Positions 11,065-21,059 of a stretch of DNA of 64,000 nt are shown here, in pieces (the first letter of the stretch is position 1; the number at the start of each line of letters is the position of its first letter). A model generated the notes under the pieces. That model was not told the DNA's origin, searched no databases, and worked only from the letters and a program-made list of their open reading frames with translations. Both the position numbers and the translations under genes were made by a program. The DNA lies in contig OZ245817.1 of the NCBI GenBank assembly GCA_965228475.1, positions 3,808,001 to 3,872,000 on the forward strand, written 5' to 3'. The stretch is from Myxococcota bacterium. Lineage in GTDB: Bacteria; Myxococcota_A; UBA9160; JAFDDA01.

Positions 11065-11147
11065 GGGTCTCTCCTCCTCGGTTCGGGCGGACAGTCTATG
11101 ATGGGCGCGGTCCGGCCGTCAGGATTTGCGTCGGCCGCGGAGGAATC

Positions 11148-12122
11148 ATGCCGGAACGCCCCCAGCGCTACGGGGTCACCATCCCCTTCGACGGAGTCCC
11201 CCTGCTCGAGCAGGAAGACTGGATCCGGGAGCTCGCGGATCTCGGCTACACGGACTTCTGGTCGGCCGAGTCCGGGGGCGCGGACGCGTTCACGCCGCTC
11301 GTGCTCGCGGCCCAGTGGGCGCCGGAAGCGCGCGTCGGCACGGCCATCGTACCGGCCTACACGCGGGGCCCCGCGACCCTCGCGAGCTGCGCCGCGGGCC
11401 TGGCCGAGGCCGCGCCGGGCCGCGCGGTGCTCGGCATCGGCTCCTCCTCCCAGGTGATCGTCGAGAACTGGAACGCCTGCGAGTTCGAGAAGCCGTATGC
11501 GCGGGTGCGCGACACGGTCCGCTTCCTGAACGCGGCGCTCGGCGGCGAGAAGGTGACGGAGGAGTACGAGACCTTCCGCGTGAAGGGCTTCCGCATGAAC
11601 CGCCTGCCGGCGACGCCCCCGACGCTGATGATCGCGGCGCTCCGCAAGGGCATGCTCGGCCTGGCCGGCCGCGAGAGCAGCGGCGCCATCCTGAACTGGC
11701 TCGCGGCGGAGGACGTGAAGACGGTCGCCCCCTACGTGCACGCCGGTGGCGAGGATCGCGAGCTCGTCGCGCGCATCTTCGTCCTGCCGACGGAGAACGC
11801 GGACCTCGCCCAGGCCGTCGGCAAGCGCGCCGTCGCCGCCTATCTGAACGTTCCCGTCTACGCCGCCTTCCAGGAGTGGCTCGGCCGCGGGGAAGACCTC
11901 TCGGGCATGTGGGACCACTGGAAGAGCGGCGACCGCAAGGCGGCGCTCGAGGCGATCCCGCCGGAGCTCGTCGGGAAGTTCGTCCTGCACGGCTCGCCCG
12001 AGTCCTGTCGCGAACAGGTCATGCGCTACGTCGAGAACGGCCTGCACACGCCGGTGCTGGCCCTGCTCCCGGGCGACTACGACCCGCGCGAAGCGCTGCG
12101 GCGCATGGCCCCCGGCGCCTGA
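11148..12122 (+). CDS. LLM-class (probably F420-dependent) oxidoreductase
   Basis: GYTDFWSAES.GADAFTPL, GTAIVPAYTRGP, LGIGSSS. Confidence 0.85.
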   Translation: MPERPQRYGVTIPFDGVPLLEQEDWIRELADLGYTDFWSAESGGADAFTPLVLAAQWAPEARVGTAIVPAYTRGPATLASCAAGLAEAAPGRAVLGIGSSSQVIVENWNACEFEKPYARVRDTVRFLNAALGGEKVTEEYETFRVKGFRMNRLPATPPTLMIAALRKGMLGLAGRESSGAILNWLAAEDVKTVAPYVHAGGEDRELVARIFVLPTENADLAQAVGKRAVAAYLNVPVYAAFQEWLGRGEDLSGMWDHWKSGDRKAALEAIPPELVGKFVLHGSPESCREQVMRYVENGLHTPVLALLPGDYDPREALRRMAPGA

Positions 12123-12140
12123 AGCGCAGCGGCGCCCGGC

Positions 12141-13175
12141 TCAGATCTTCGGAAACGCCTCGACCAGTCGGCGCAGGCCGTGGACGATCGGCACGCGCTG
12201 GAGCGGGTCCGAGACCCCGAGCCGCACCACGATGAGGTCGCGCTCGGGCACCAAGACGATGTATTGCCCGTTGAAGCCGTTCGCGGTGAAGATTCCCGGG
12301 TCGTGGAGGGCGAGCCACCAGTGAGCGCCGTACTCGCCAGCCGAAGCGGGCGTCATCGTGCGCGCGTGATCCGCCCAGCCCTCGGGCAGCACGCGCTGCC
12401 CGCCGAAGATGCCGTCGCGCAGGTAGAGGAGGCCGAAGCGGGCGAAGTCCCGGGCCGTCGCGAAGACGTAGGAGGAGCCGATGAAGGTCCCGGCTTCGTC
12501 GAAGCGGGCGGTGGCGCTACGCATGCCGATCGGATCGAACAGGGCCTTGCGCATGAAGGCCTCCATGCCCGGCCGACCCCCGCCGACCGTTCGCCCCACG
12601 ATGGCCGACACGACGTTGCTCGTACCGCTCGAGTAGTTCCAGACGGTGCCCGGCGGATGCGCCAGGCCGCGCGACTCGGCGAAGGCCGCGACGTCCTCCT
12701 TGCCCTCCTTGAAGAGCATGTCGATCACGTCGGAGCGCTGGCCGTCCTCGTAGACCTCGACGAAGTCGAGCCCGTCGACCTGACGCAGGAGATCCTCGAG
12801 CGAGATCGCCGCACGCGGGTCGTTCGCCTGCTCGGACCAGCGCGGCACCGGGGCCGGCGCCTTGGGCTCGAGCCGCCCCTCCCCGACCAGCACGCCCACC
12901 AGCGCGTGGGTGATGCTCTTCGCCATGGACCAGGAGATGAAGGTGTCCGTCGCGTCCTTGCCCGGCGCGTAGCGTTCGGCGACGACCCGTCCTCCCTGAA
13001 CGGCGAGCAGCGCCAGCGTCTCTCCGTGGCTCTCGCGATTCGCCTCGTCGAAGGCTTCGTCGAACACGGCATCGATCGCCGGGGCGTCCGCACCCTCGGG
13101 AGCACCCGAAGGCCAGTCGGCTTCGGGCCAGGGAACACCCGCAGGCTGGGCGGGAAGCGGCGGGATCCGGTTCAT
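12141..13175 (-). CDS. serine hydrolase, beta-lactamase/esterase family
   Basis: SxxK (SMAKS), WNYSSG, ARDFARFG, GFNGQ; GGAG RBS before ATG 13175. Confidence 0.85.
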   Translation of the reverse strand: MNRIPPLPAQPAGVPWPEADWPSGAPEGADAPAIDAVFDEAFDEANRESHGETLALLAVQGGRVVAERYAPGKDATDTFISWSMAKSITHALVGVLVGEGRLEPKAPAPVPRWSEQANDPRAAISLEDLLRQVDGLDFVEVYEDGQRSDVIDMLFKEGKEDVAAFAESRGLAHPPGTVWNYSSGTSNVVSAIVGRTVGGGRPGMEAFMRKALFDPIGMRSATARFDEAGTFIGSSYVFATARDFARFGLLYLRDGIFGGQRVLPEGWADHARTMTPASAGEYGAHWWLALHDPGIFTANGFNGQYIVLVPERDLIVVRLGVSDPLQRVPIVHGLRRLVEAFPKI

Positions 13176-13206
13176 CGAAGTCTCCACGGCGGGAAGCCCG
13201 GCGGCG

Positions 13207-14247
13207 TCAGCCGCCGAGCTGGTACATCTCGATCTTGGGGCGCGCGGCGCCGCCCGCCTGGGCGCGCTCCTCGGAGTAGCGATCGCGCCGGGCGCGCCAC
13301 GTGCCGGCGATGATCTCACGGATCTCCTCGTCGCCGGCGCCGTCTCGGAGGGAGCCGCGCAGGTCGACCCCGCCCGCGGCGAACAGGCAGGTCACGAGGC
13401 GGCCCTCGATGGTGAGGCGGGCCCGCGTGCAGCCCCCGCAGAACGGGGCCGTCACCGAGGCGATCACGCCGATCTCACCGCTGCCGTCGCGGTAGGCCCA
13501 GCGTCGGGCCACCTCGCCGGGGTAGTTCTCCTCGAGCGGCTTGAGGGGCGCCACGGCATCGATGGCCTTCACGATCTCCTCGGCGGAGACGACCTCGTCG
13601 AGCGCCCAGCCGTTCAGGGTGCCGACGTCCATGTACTCGATGAACCGGACGACGTGGCCCGTACCGCGGAAGTGCTCGGCCAGGGCGACGAAGTCGCCGT
13701 CGTTCACGCCGCGCTGGACGACGGTGTTGATCTTCACCGGGGAGAGCCCCGCCGCCGCGGCGGCCTCGATGCCTTCGAGGGTGCGCTCGGGGCCGAAGTC
13801 GCGCCCGCTCATCTTCCGGAAGGTCTCCGGTTCGAGGCTGTCGAGGCTCACGGTCACGCGCTGCAGCCCCGCCCGCGCGAGGGTTTCGGCCTGCTTCGCG
13901 AGCAGGAACCCGTTGGTCGTGAGGGAGAGGTCTTCGATGCCGGGAATCGCCGCGAGCCGCTCGATCAGCTCCGGCAGACCGTGGCGGATCAGCGGCTCGC
14001 CGCCCGTGATGCGGATCTTCTTCGTGCCGAGGCTCGCGAAGACCCGCGCCAGCCGCTCGAGCTCCTCGAAGGTGAGCAGCTCGGGCCGCGGCAGGAAGCG
14101 GTAGTTCTCGCCGTAGACCTCGGCCGGCATGCAATAGGGGCAGCGGAAGTTGCAGCGGTCCGTCACCGAAATGCGTAGGTCGCGCAGCCGGCGGCCGAGG
14201 GCATCGGCGAAGGGCGGAGGTCCGTCGGATTCTTCGAGGGAGGTCAT
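13207..14247 (-). CDS. moaA: GTP 3',8-cyclase MoaA
   Basis: LRISVTDRCNFRCPYCMP radical-SAM motif, FCGGCTRARL..CLF second cluster, C-terminal MYQLGG. Confidence 0.97.
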   Translation of the reverse strand: MTSLEESDGPPPFADALGRRLRDLRISVTDRCNFRCPYCMPAEVYGENYRFLPRPELLTFEELERLARVFASLGTKKIRITGGEPLIRHGLPELIERLAAIPGIEDLSLTTNGFLLAKQAETLARAGLQRVTVSLDSLEPETFRKMSGRDFGPERTLEGIEAAAAAGLSPVKINTVVQRGVNDGDFVALAEHFRGTGHVVRFIEYMDVGTLNGWALDEVVSAEEIVKAIDAVAPLKPLEENYPGEVARRWAYRDGSGEIGVIASVTAPFCGGCTRARLTIEGRLVTCLFAAGGVDLRGSLRDGAGDEEIREIIAGTWRARRDRYSEERAQAGGAARPKIEMYQLGG

Positions 14248-14251
14248 GGGG

Positions 14252-14284
14252 GATAGTTGACTCGTGAGTACACTATCGTATTCT
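14252..14284. promoter_or_regulatory. Rrf2/IscR-like operator overlapping a sigma-70-type promoter
   Basis: Imperfect palindrome GATAGTTGACT-CGTG-AGTACACTATC; TTGACT (14257) and TATTCT (14279) precede GTG 14292. Confidence 0.65.
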
Positions 14285-14291
14285 CCGGCGC

Positions 14292-14810
14292 GTGCACCTT
14301 CAGGCGAACGAAGAATACGGCCTTCGCTGCCTCCTCCAAGTGGTGGAAGCGGCGGGCGGTTCGGCCGAAGCCGAGGCGCCGCCGCTGCCGATCGCCGAGA
14401 TCGCCCGCGCAGAGGGGCTCTCGAGCGAGTACACGGCCAAGCTCATGCGTCAGCTCCGGCTGGCCGGCCTGGTCGAGAGCGTGCGCGGCGCCGCCGGCGG
14501 CTACCGCCTGGCCCAGCCGGCCCGGGCCGTCACCGTCTGGGCCGCGCTCCAGGCCCTCGGCGGCGAGCCCTTCCCTTCCGAGTTCTGCGCCTGCCACGCG
14601 GGCCAGCAGCGCGAGTGCGTGCGCAGCAGCAACTGCGCGCTGCGCGCCCTCTGGCAGCGCGTGCGCGGCACGCTCGAAGAAACGCTTTCCGGAATCACCC
14701 TCGAAGACCTGCGCCGCGACGAGCACGCCATGACCGTGTGGCTCGACGACGGACGCCCGGCCGGCGACGCCTTCCGCGCCGCCTTCCCCAAGGAGACGCC
14801 ATGCAGCTGA
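14292..14810 (+). CDS. Rrf2-family transcriptional regulator with Cys cluster
   Basis: [23 protein letters not shown] winged helix, FCACH....[10 protein letters not shown]. Confidence 0.9.
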   Translation: MHLQANEEYGLRCLLQVVEAAGGSAEAEAPPLPIAEIARAEGLSSEYTAKLMRQLRLAGLVESVRGAAGGYRLAQPARAVTVWAALQALGGEPFPSEFCACHAGQQRECVRSSNCALRALWQRVRGTLEETLSGITLEDLRRDEHAMTVWLDDGRPAGDAFRAAFPKETPCS

Positions 14811-15130
14811 ACGAAGAAACCCGCACCCGCATCCAGGGCCTCGTCGGTTCCGACGACGTCGTGCTCTTCATGAAGGGCAACCGCCAGTTCCCCCAGTGCG
14901 GATTCTCCGCGACGGTGGTGCAGATCCTCGACCACCTGATCCCCCAGTACTCGACCGTCGACGTGCTCCAGGATCCCGAGGTCCGCGAGGGCATCAAGCT
15001 CTTCACCCAGTGGCCGACCATCCCCCAGCTCTACGTGAAGGGCGAGTTCGTGGGTGGCTGCGACATCATCCGCGAGATGTTCCAGTCGGGCGAGCTGCAC
15101 ACGACCCTCGGCGTCGAACAGCCGAGCTAG
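14801..15130 (+). CDS. grxD: monothiol glutaredoxin (Grx4/GrxD)
   Basis: [41 protein letters not shown]. Confidence 0.95.
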   Translation: MQLNEETRTRIQGLVGSDDVVLFMKGNRQFPQCGFSATVVQILDHLIPQYSTVDVLQDPEVREGIKLFTQWPTIPQLYVKGEFVGGCDIIREMFQSGELHTTLGVEQPS

Positions 15131-15134
15131 CCGC

Positions 15135-16104
15135 GTGGCGCGAGCCGTCTTCGTTCGCGAGACCGGCGGCCCCGAGGTCCTGCGCTTCGAAGAGGCTGCG
15201 CTAGCCGCGCCCGGCCCGGGCTTCGCGCGCGTGCGCACGGCGGCCTGCGGGGGTCAACTACATCGACGTCTACTTCCGCACCGGGCTCTATCCCCGGCCG
15301 CTCCCGTTCGTGCTCGGCCTCGAGGGCGCCGGCACCGTCGAGGCGGTGGGCGACGGAGTCGACCTCGAGGTGGGAGACCGGGTTGCCTGGTCGTCGGTGC
15401 CGGGGTCCTACGCCGAAGAAGTGCTGGCTCCGGCCGCCATGCTCGTGCGGATCCCGGACGGCGTCGCAACGGACGTGGCTGCGGCCAGCATGCTCCAGGG
15501 GATGACGGCCCACTACCTCGTGCACGGCACCCGCGAGACGCGGCCCGGGGACGTCGCGCTCGTCCACGCCGCAGCCGGCGGCGTCGGACTGCTGCTGACG
15601 CAGTTGCTGAAGGCGGCGGGCGCGACCGTCCTCGCCACCTGCTCGACCGCGGCGAAGGCGGAGCTGGCGCGCGGCGCCGGTGCGGACCACGTGATCCGCT
15701 ACGACGAAGAGGACTTCGCTGCGCGCGCGCGCGAACTCACGGAAGGCCGCGGCGCCGACGTCGTCTACGACGCGGTGGGCCAGTCGACCTTCGAAGGGAG
15801 TCTCGCTTCGCTCCGCCCGCGCGGACTGCTCGTGCTCTACGGACAGGCGAGCGGCAAGGTTCCGCCCCTGGATCTCCAGCAGCTGAACGACCGGGGCTCC
15901 CTGTTCGTGACGCGTCCCTCGCTCCTCCACTACACGTCGAGCCGCGAGGAGCTCGAGCTGCGGGCCGGTGCGGTCCTGGACGCCGTCGCGGCCGGCGCGC
16001 TCGACGTCCGGATCGGCGCCCGCTTCGGCCTCGGCGAGGCCGCCGAGGCGCACCGCGCCCTCGAGGGCCGGCGGACGACCGGCAAGGTCCTGCTCATCCC
16101 CTGA
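15135..16104 (+). pseudogene. qor: NADPH:quinone oxidoreductase (Qor, MDR family), frameshifted
   Basis: N-term GGPEVL in one frame; GVNYIDVYFRTGLYP, HAAAGGVG, TTGKVLL in the next; one extra G in GGGGG 15249-15253. May be a sequencing error. Confidence 0.8.
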
Positions 16105-16151
16105 CCCCAGCTGGCGCCCCAGGCGACCTCCAAGGCCCTGTTTTTGCTGGA

Positions 16152-16185
16152 ATATAAACATTTAGTATTGACTAAATGTTTATAT
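16152..16185. promoter_or_regulatory. perfect 15-bp inverted repeat, probable TetR operator
   Basis: ATATAAACATTTAGT-ATTG-ACTAAATGTTTATAT, AT-rich, 18 bp upstream of the tetR start. Confidence 0.75.
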
Positions 16186-16203
16186 CGTCCGAGTCTGTCC
16201 GCC

Positions 16204-16842
16204 ATGAGCCCCGCCCGCCCGAAGACGCCGCGGCGCCGCACCCAGGCCGAGCGCACCGCTGCAACGAAGGATCGGCTGATCACGGCCACCCTCGCCTGCC
16301 TCGTCGAGCACGGCTTCGCCGGGACGAGCACCGTCGCCGTGTGTCGCCGGGCCGAGGTCTCCCACGGATCCCTGCTCCACCACTTCCGGACGCGCGAACG
16401 GCTGCTCGCCGCGGCCTTCGACGCCGCGAACGAACGCCTGCGCGAACGCGTGACCGGCGCCCTCGAGCGCATCCCGGAAGGGGACGCGCGCGTCGCCGCG
16501 GTGGTGGACGCCATGTGGGACGCCTTCGAGGCCCCGGAGTTCAAGGCGGTGCTCGAGCTGTGGCTCGCCGCCAAGAACGACCCGCACATGTCCTTCGAGA
16601 TCTGGCCCGCCGCCGCCGGCTTCGACGCCGGCCACATGCCGATCGCGGACCAGCTCTTCCCCGAGGCCGCCGCGCGCCTGCCGGACTTCCACGTCTACAT
16701 CAGCCTGCTCTTCCAGGCGCTCCAGGGCATGGGGCTCGCCCGAGCGACCTTCCCGCAAAGCGACGACGCCGATGCCATGCGCGCGCGGGTTCGACTCCTC
16801 CTCACACGGATCGTGCGCGACGCCTTCCAGGCACCCTCCTGA
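16204..16842 (+). CDS. TetR/AcrR-family transcriptional regulator
   Basis: RTQAERTAAT..LI.AT...L.EHGFAGTS...V.RRAEVSHGSLLHHF HTH. Confidence 0.9.
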   Translation: MSPARPKTPRRRTQAERTAATKDRLITATLACLVEHGFAGTSTVAVCRRAEVSHGSLLHHFRTRERLLAAAFDAANERLRERVTGALERIPEGDARVAAVVDAMWDAFEAPEFKAVLELWLAAKNDPHMSFEIWPAAAGFDAGHMPIADQLFPEAAARLPDFHVYISLLFQALQGMGLARATFPQSDDADAMRARVRLLLTRIVRDAFQAPS

Positions 16843-16863
16843 CCCCACCCCCCCCGGAGCCCC

Positions 16864-18324
16864 ATGAAGAAGATCCTCTTCCTCCTCGCCGGCGTGGGCT
16901 GCGCCGCCGTGGTCGTGGCACTCGCAATGGCGAAGGCCCTCGAACCCCCCGCCCTGCCCGTCCCCGGATCCCGGGACCTCGTCGTCCGCAACGTCACGCT
17001 GGTCGAGCCGGGCGGACGCTCGCTCCCGGGGCGTTCCCTTCGCGTCGAGGCGGGCCGGATCGAATCGCTCGACGCCGGGGACGTTCCCTCCTCGGCGCCG
17101 GACCTCGAGGGGCTCCACGTCGCGCCGGGCTGGATCGACCTCCATGTCCACTACCCACCGGGCATCGCGGTCGGGAACGCGGAGCTCTGGTCGCTCCTCT
17201 TCCTTGCCCACGGCGTCACGAGCGTGCGCGAGACGGGAAGCGCCGACGGCAGCATCTTCGCCGTGCGGCAGGCCATCGAGCGCGGCGAAACCCCCGGACC
17301 GCGCATCTTCGCCTGCGGCCCCATGCTCGACGGCGACCCGCCCTCGTTCCCGTCGAACCGGGTCCTCGTTTCGGCGGAAGAGGCGCGCCGGGCGGTCGCG
17401 GAGGTCGCCCGCGCGGGGGCCGACTGCATCAAGGTCTACAACATGCTCGGCGCAGAGGTGCTCGCCGCGATCGTCGACGCGGCTGCGGAACGCGGCCTCC
17501 CGGTGATCGGACACGTCCCCCACGACTCGACCCTCGAGGAAGCCGGCGTGGTCGACGCCCAGCACGGAACGGGGGCCGTCCTCATCGACCGCGAGAAGAT
17601 CGGCCGGTTCGATTTCCATTGGGAGGATTGGCGCACCGTCGACGACGCCCGGATCGCGCGCGTTGCCGAGATCTCGATCGAACGCGGCATCGCCCACACC
17701 CCGACCCTCGTGAACGGCCGCATGCGACGCCTGCTCACGGACACCGCCGCACGCGACGAGGCCGTTCGCACCGACACCGGCCTGCGTCACCTTCCCCGCT
17801 TCTGGCTCGACGCCTGGGCCGCCCTCTGGAGCCCGCCCTGGGACGCCGGCGACGCCGCGGGGAAAGCGGCCGTCGAGCACTTCCGTGCGAGGCAGTCGGC
17901 CCTCGCCGGCGGTCTGCACGCCGCGGGCGCGCGCGTGCACGCCGGAACCGACACGATGATGCCCTTCGTGGCGCCCGGCTCGAGCCTCCACGGCGAGGTC
18001 GAAGACCTGATCCTCGCCGGATTCACCCCCGAAGACGCCTGGCGCACCGCCACGCAAGGGGCCGGAGAGGCGCTCGCGGAGGGGCTCGGCAGGCTCGAGG
18101 TCGGGGCGCCGGCGGATCTCGTCTTCTTTCGCCCGGCCCCGCCCGGCTCCCTTCCCACCCCCGACCGGATCGAAGCCGTCGTCGCCGATGGACGCCTCTA
18201 CCGGAAGCGGGACCTCGACGAAGCGCTGGCCCGCTACGACGCCCACTTCCACGGTGGGTTCTACGAGGGCGTGATGGGAGGCGTGGTCCGCATCGCGCGT
18301 AGCCGCTTCGCGCCCGAAGGCTGA
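16864..18324 (+). CDS. amidohydrolase-family protein, N-terminally anchored/exported
   Basis: PGWIDLHVH, GVTSVRE, IKVY, GH, AGTD, G.LEVGAPADLV. Confidence 0.85.
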   Translation: MKKILFLLAGVGCAAVVVALAMAKALEPPALPVPGSRDLVVRNVTLVEPGGRSLPGRSLRVEAGRIESLDAGDVPSSAPDLEGLHVAPGWIDLHVHYPPGIAVGNAELWSLLFLAHGVTSVRETGSADGSIFAVRQAIERGETPGPRIFACGPMLDGDPPSFPSNRVLVSAEEARRAVAEVARAGADCIKVYNMLGAEVLAAIVDAAAERGLPVIGHVPHDSTLEEAGVVDAQHGTGAVLIDREKIGRFDFHWEDWRTVDDARIARVAEISIERGIAHTPTLVNGRMRRLLTDTAARDEAVRTDTGLRHLPRFWLDAWAALWSPPWDAGDAAGKAAVEHFRARQSALAGGLHAAGARVHAGTDTMMPFVAPGSSLHGEVEDLILAGFTPEDAWRTATQGAGEALAEGLGRLEVGAPADLVFFRPAPPGSLPTPDRIEAVVADGRLYRKRDLDEALARYDAHFHGGFYEGVMGGVVRIARSRFAPEG

Positions 18325-18328
18325 GCGG

Positions 18329-18817
18329 TCAGCCGGCGGCGGGCTCTCGGAGCATGAGCGCATCGCGCACGGCGCGGCAGACGACGTCTCCGTGCTGGTT
18401 GTAGGCGCGGTGCTCGAAGGTCACGATGCCCTGGGTCGGGCGGGACTTCGAAGCCCGCGCCGCAACGACCTCGCTCTCGACGCGGATCGTGTCGCCGTGG
18501 AAGACGGGCTTGGGGAACGTCGTCTCCTTGAAGCCGAGGTTCGCGACGGTGGTACCGAGGGTCGTCTCGTGCACGCTGATCCCGACCACCACGGAAAGCG
18601 TCAGGAGCGAGTTCACGAGCGGCTTGCCGAACTCGGTCTCCTTCTCCGCGTAGTCGAAGTCGAGGTGCAGCCAGGCCGGGTTCATCGTCATCGACGTGAA
18701 CAGGACGTTGTCGGACTCGGTCAGCGTGCGCCGGATCGCGTGGTGGATGACGGTGCCCGGCTCGAGTTCCTCGAACCAGCGGCCGGTGTGCGGGCGGGGA
18801 GCATCGGGGGTCGTCAT
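18329..18817 (-). CDS. MaoC-family (R)-specific acyl-CoA hydratase, Rv2499c-like
   Basis: [18 protein letters not shown]...LHLD, ANLGF...[10 protein letters not shown]. Confidence 0.88.
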   Translation of the reverse strand: MTTPDAPRPHTGRWFEELEPGTVIHHAIRRTLTESDNVLFTSMTMNPAWLHLDFDYAEKETEFGKPLVNSLLTLSVVVGISVHETTLGTTVANLGFKETTFPKPVFHGDTIRVESEVVAARASKSRPTQGIVTFEHRAYNQHGDVVCRAVRDALMLREPAAG

Positions 18818-19677
18818 GGACTCTCCTCGGAGGCGGCGGCCAGGGTCTGGCGGGCGCGGGCGGCGAGCGGCTCGTCCACCATCTGCCCTTCGAAGTCGAT
18901 GGCGGCGAGGCCGTCGGCCGTGGCTTTCTCGTAGGCGTCGAGCAGGCGGCGCGCGTGGTCGACCTCTTCGGCCGAAGGAACGAACCCCGCGTTCGCGATG
19001 GCGACCTGCCCCGGGTGGATGCAGAGCTTGCCCCGGTAGCCGAGGGCCCGGGCCTCTCGCACCTCGGTTTCGAAGGCCTCGGCGTTCCGGAAGTCCGTCA
19101 CCACCTGGTCGAGGACCGGGACGCCCGCGAGGCGGCCGGCCAGGGCGACCTGCGAGCGCGCATAGTGCACTTCCTCGTTGCCGGCCGTTCGAACGCCTCC
19201 CATGTCCGCGATGAAGTCCTCGGCGCCAAAGTAGGCCGCAGCCACGCGCGGATGGGCGAGCAGCGGGCGGGCATCGGCCACGCCGAGCGCGGTCTCGATC
19301 CCGGCGAGGACCGCCAGGCCTTCGTGCCCTGCTTCGCCGAGCGCACGGGCGACCGTCTCGACCTGCCCGAGCGTGTCGAGCTTCGGGACGACGATCCCGG
19401 CGAGATCCGCCGAGAGACCCTGACCGACGTCGTCGGCGAACCACGGCGAGGCGACGGCGTTCACGCGAACGAAGACGAGGGCTCCCTGCCCGGCGATCCG
19501 TGGGGCGATCTCGCGGGCGTTGGCGCGACCCTCGGCCTTGGCGTTCGGAGGCGTCGCGTCTTCGCAGTCGATCACGACGCCGTCGGCGCCGCTCTTGGGC
19601 AGCTTCGCCAGGAAGTCCGGCCGCACCGCGGGGGCGAACAGGAGAGAGCGCAGACGTTCGATCGGGGCGCCGGTCAT
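18814..19677 (-). CDS. CitE/HpcH-family CoA-ester lyase
   Basis: [45 protein letters not shown]. Confidence 0.9.
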   Translation of the reverse strand: MTGAPIERLRSLLFAPAVRPDFLAKLPKSGADGVVIDCEDATPPNAKAEGRANAREIAPRIAGQGALVFVRVNAVASPWFADDVGQGLSADLAGIVVPKLDTLGQVETVARALGEAGHEGLAVLAGIETALGVADARPLLAHPRVAAAYFGAEDFIADMGGVRTAGNEEVHYARSQVALAGRLAGVPVLDQVVTDFRNAEAFETEVREARALGYRGKLCIHPGQVAIANAGFVPSAEEVDHARRLLDAYEKATADGLAAIDFEGQMVDEPLAARARQTLAAASEESP

Positions 19678-19730
19678 GGGCGCGCGATCCTACAGCATCC
19701 GCTCCGGGAAGGCGTCGGCCCGAGGGACGG

Positions 19731-20192
19731 CTAGGGCAGACGGAGGCGGACGGCGTGACCGCCCCGAGAGGCGCTCGTGATCAGGAACTGGAGCCGCGCG
19801 AGCGTGCGCTGGTACGCACGGTTGTCGATCACGATGCGGTACTCGCGGCCGGCCCGCTCGCCGACCACGAACTCGAAGGTCCGTCCGTAGGTGCGACGGT
19901 CCGCCTCGTAGAGCAGGTGGGCCGCACGATCGAGGCCCCCGGGTTCGAGGATGGCATCGCGTCCGCCGCCGAGCGGCCCGTGGAGCAGCGGCAGCTCGGC
20001 GAGCCCGCCGACCACGCCATGGCCGAGGAGCGCGTGGTAGGCGTTCGCACCGATCACGACCTGGGTGTCGCTCTCGAAGAAGCCTTCCTTCGTGAGCCGG
20101 ACGACCCCGGCCTCGCCCGTGCCGAAGCCTTCCTGAGGTTCCATCGCCCGCATATGGTCGAAGTAGACGACCCTCAGCGCGTCGGCTCCCAC
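19731..20192 (-). CDS. hypothetical protein
   Basis: 153-aa ORF with normal composition, co-oriented between enoyl-CoA hydratase and CitE genes; no motif recognised. Confidence 0.65.
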   Translation of the reverse strand: MGADALRVVYFDHMRAMEPQEGFGTGEAGVVRLTKEGFFESDTQVVIGANAYHALLGHGVVGGLAELPLLHGPLGGGRDAILEPGGLDRAAHLLYEADRRTYGRTFEFVVGERAGREYRIVIDNRAYQRTLARLQFLITSASRGGHAVRLRLP

Positions 20193-20229
20193 GCGACCCC
20201 CGAGCGCAGGAGCCCCTTCCCAGGGCGCC

Positions 20230-20982
20230 CTAGCGCCCCGTCCAATTGGGCTCGCGCTTCTCCGCGAAGGCCTTCGGTCCTTCCTTCGCGTCCTCGCTCC
20301 CGAAGACCTTGCCGGCGAGCGGGCCCTGGAGCGCCCAGGCCTCTTCGTCGGTCATGCCGCGCGAATCGCGGATGACCTGCTTGCTCACGGCGACGCCGAG
20401 CGGCGCGTTCTTCGCGATCTGCGCCGCGAGTTCGAGCGCCGCGTCGACGGCCTTGCCCGGCTCCGCGAGCCGGGAGACCAGGCCGAGCTCGTGGGCCTTC
20501 TCGGCCAGGATCGGTTCGCCGGTCAGCGCCATTTCCATGGCCACGCCGTAGGGCACGCGGTTCGGCAGCCGGAACACGGCGCCCCCCGCCGCGAACAGGC
20601 CCCGCTTCACCTCGGGAATGCCGATCTTCACGCCCTTCGCCGCCACGAGCAGGTCGCACGAAAGCGCGATCTCGAGCCCGCCGGCGAGGGCGAAGCCCTC
20701 GACCGCCGCGATCAGCGGCTTGCGGGCGCCGTTCTGCAGGAACTCCGAGAACCCCTTCGGCGGCCCCTCGGTGAGGAACGCCTTCAGGTCCATCCCCGCG
20801 GAGAAGGAGCCGCCGGCGCCCGTGAGGACGCCGGCGGTGAGGCCGTCGTCGGCGTCGAGTTCCTGGACCGCGGCGACCAACCCCTGCCCGAGGGCGCTGT
20901 TGATCGCGTTGCGGGCCTCGGGCCGGTTGAGTGTGATCAGCCGAACGCGGCCGTGGTCTTCGATCAGGATCTCATCTGCCAT
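20230..20982 (-). CDS. enoyl-CoA hydratase/crotonase-family protein
   Basis: LNRPEARNA, FSAGMDLK, AVEGFALAGGLE, PEVKRGL, EGPKAFAEKR. Confidence 0.93.
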   Translation of the reverse strand: MADEILIEDHGRVRLITLNRPEARNAINSALGQGLVAAVQELDADDGLTAGVLTGAGGSFSAGMDLKAFLTEGPPKGFSEFLQNGARKPLIAAVEGFALAGGLEIALSCDLLVAAKGVKIGIPEVKRGLFAAGGAVFRLPNRVPYGVAMEMALTGEPILAEKAHELGLVSRLAEPGKAVDAALELAAQIAKNAPLGVAVSKQVIRDSRGMTDEEAWALQGPLAGKVFGSEDAKEGPKAFAEKREPNWTGR

Positions 20983-21059
20983 GACGGGGGTCTCCCTCCC
21001 TGGATGCGAGTTCAAACGATGAAATTCGAACGCCCTTCAAGCGGGTCAGAGGCCGGATC

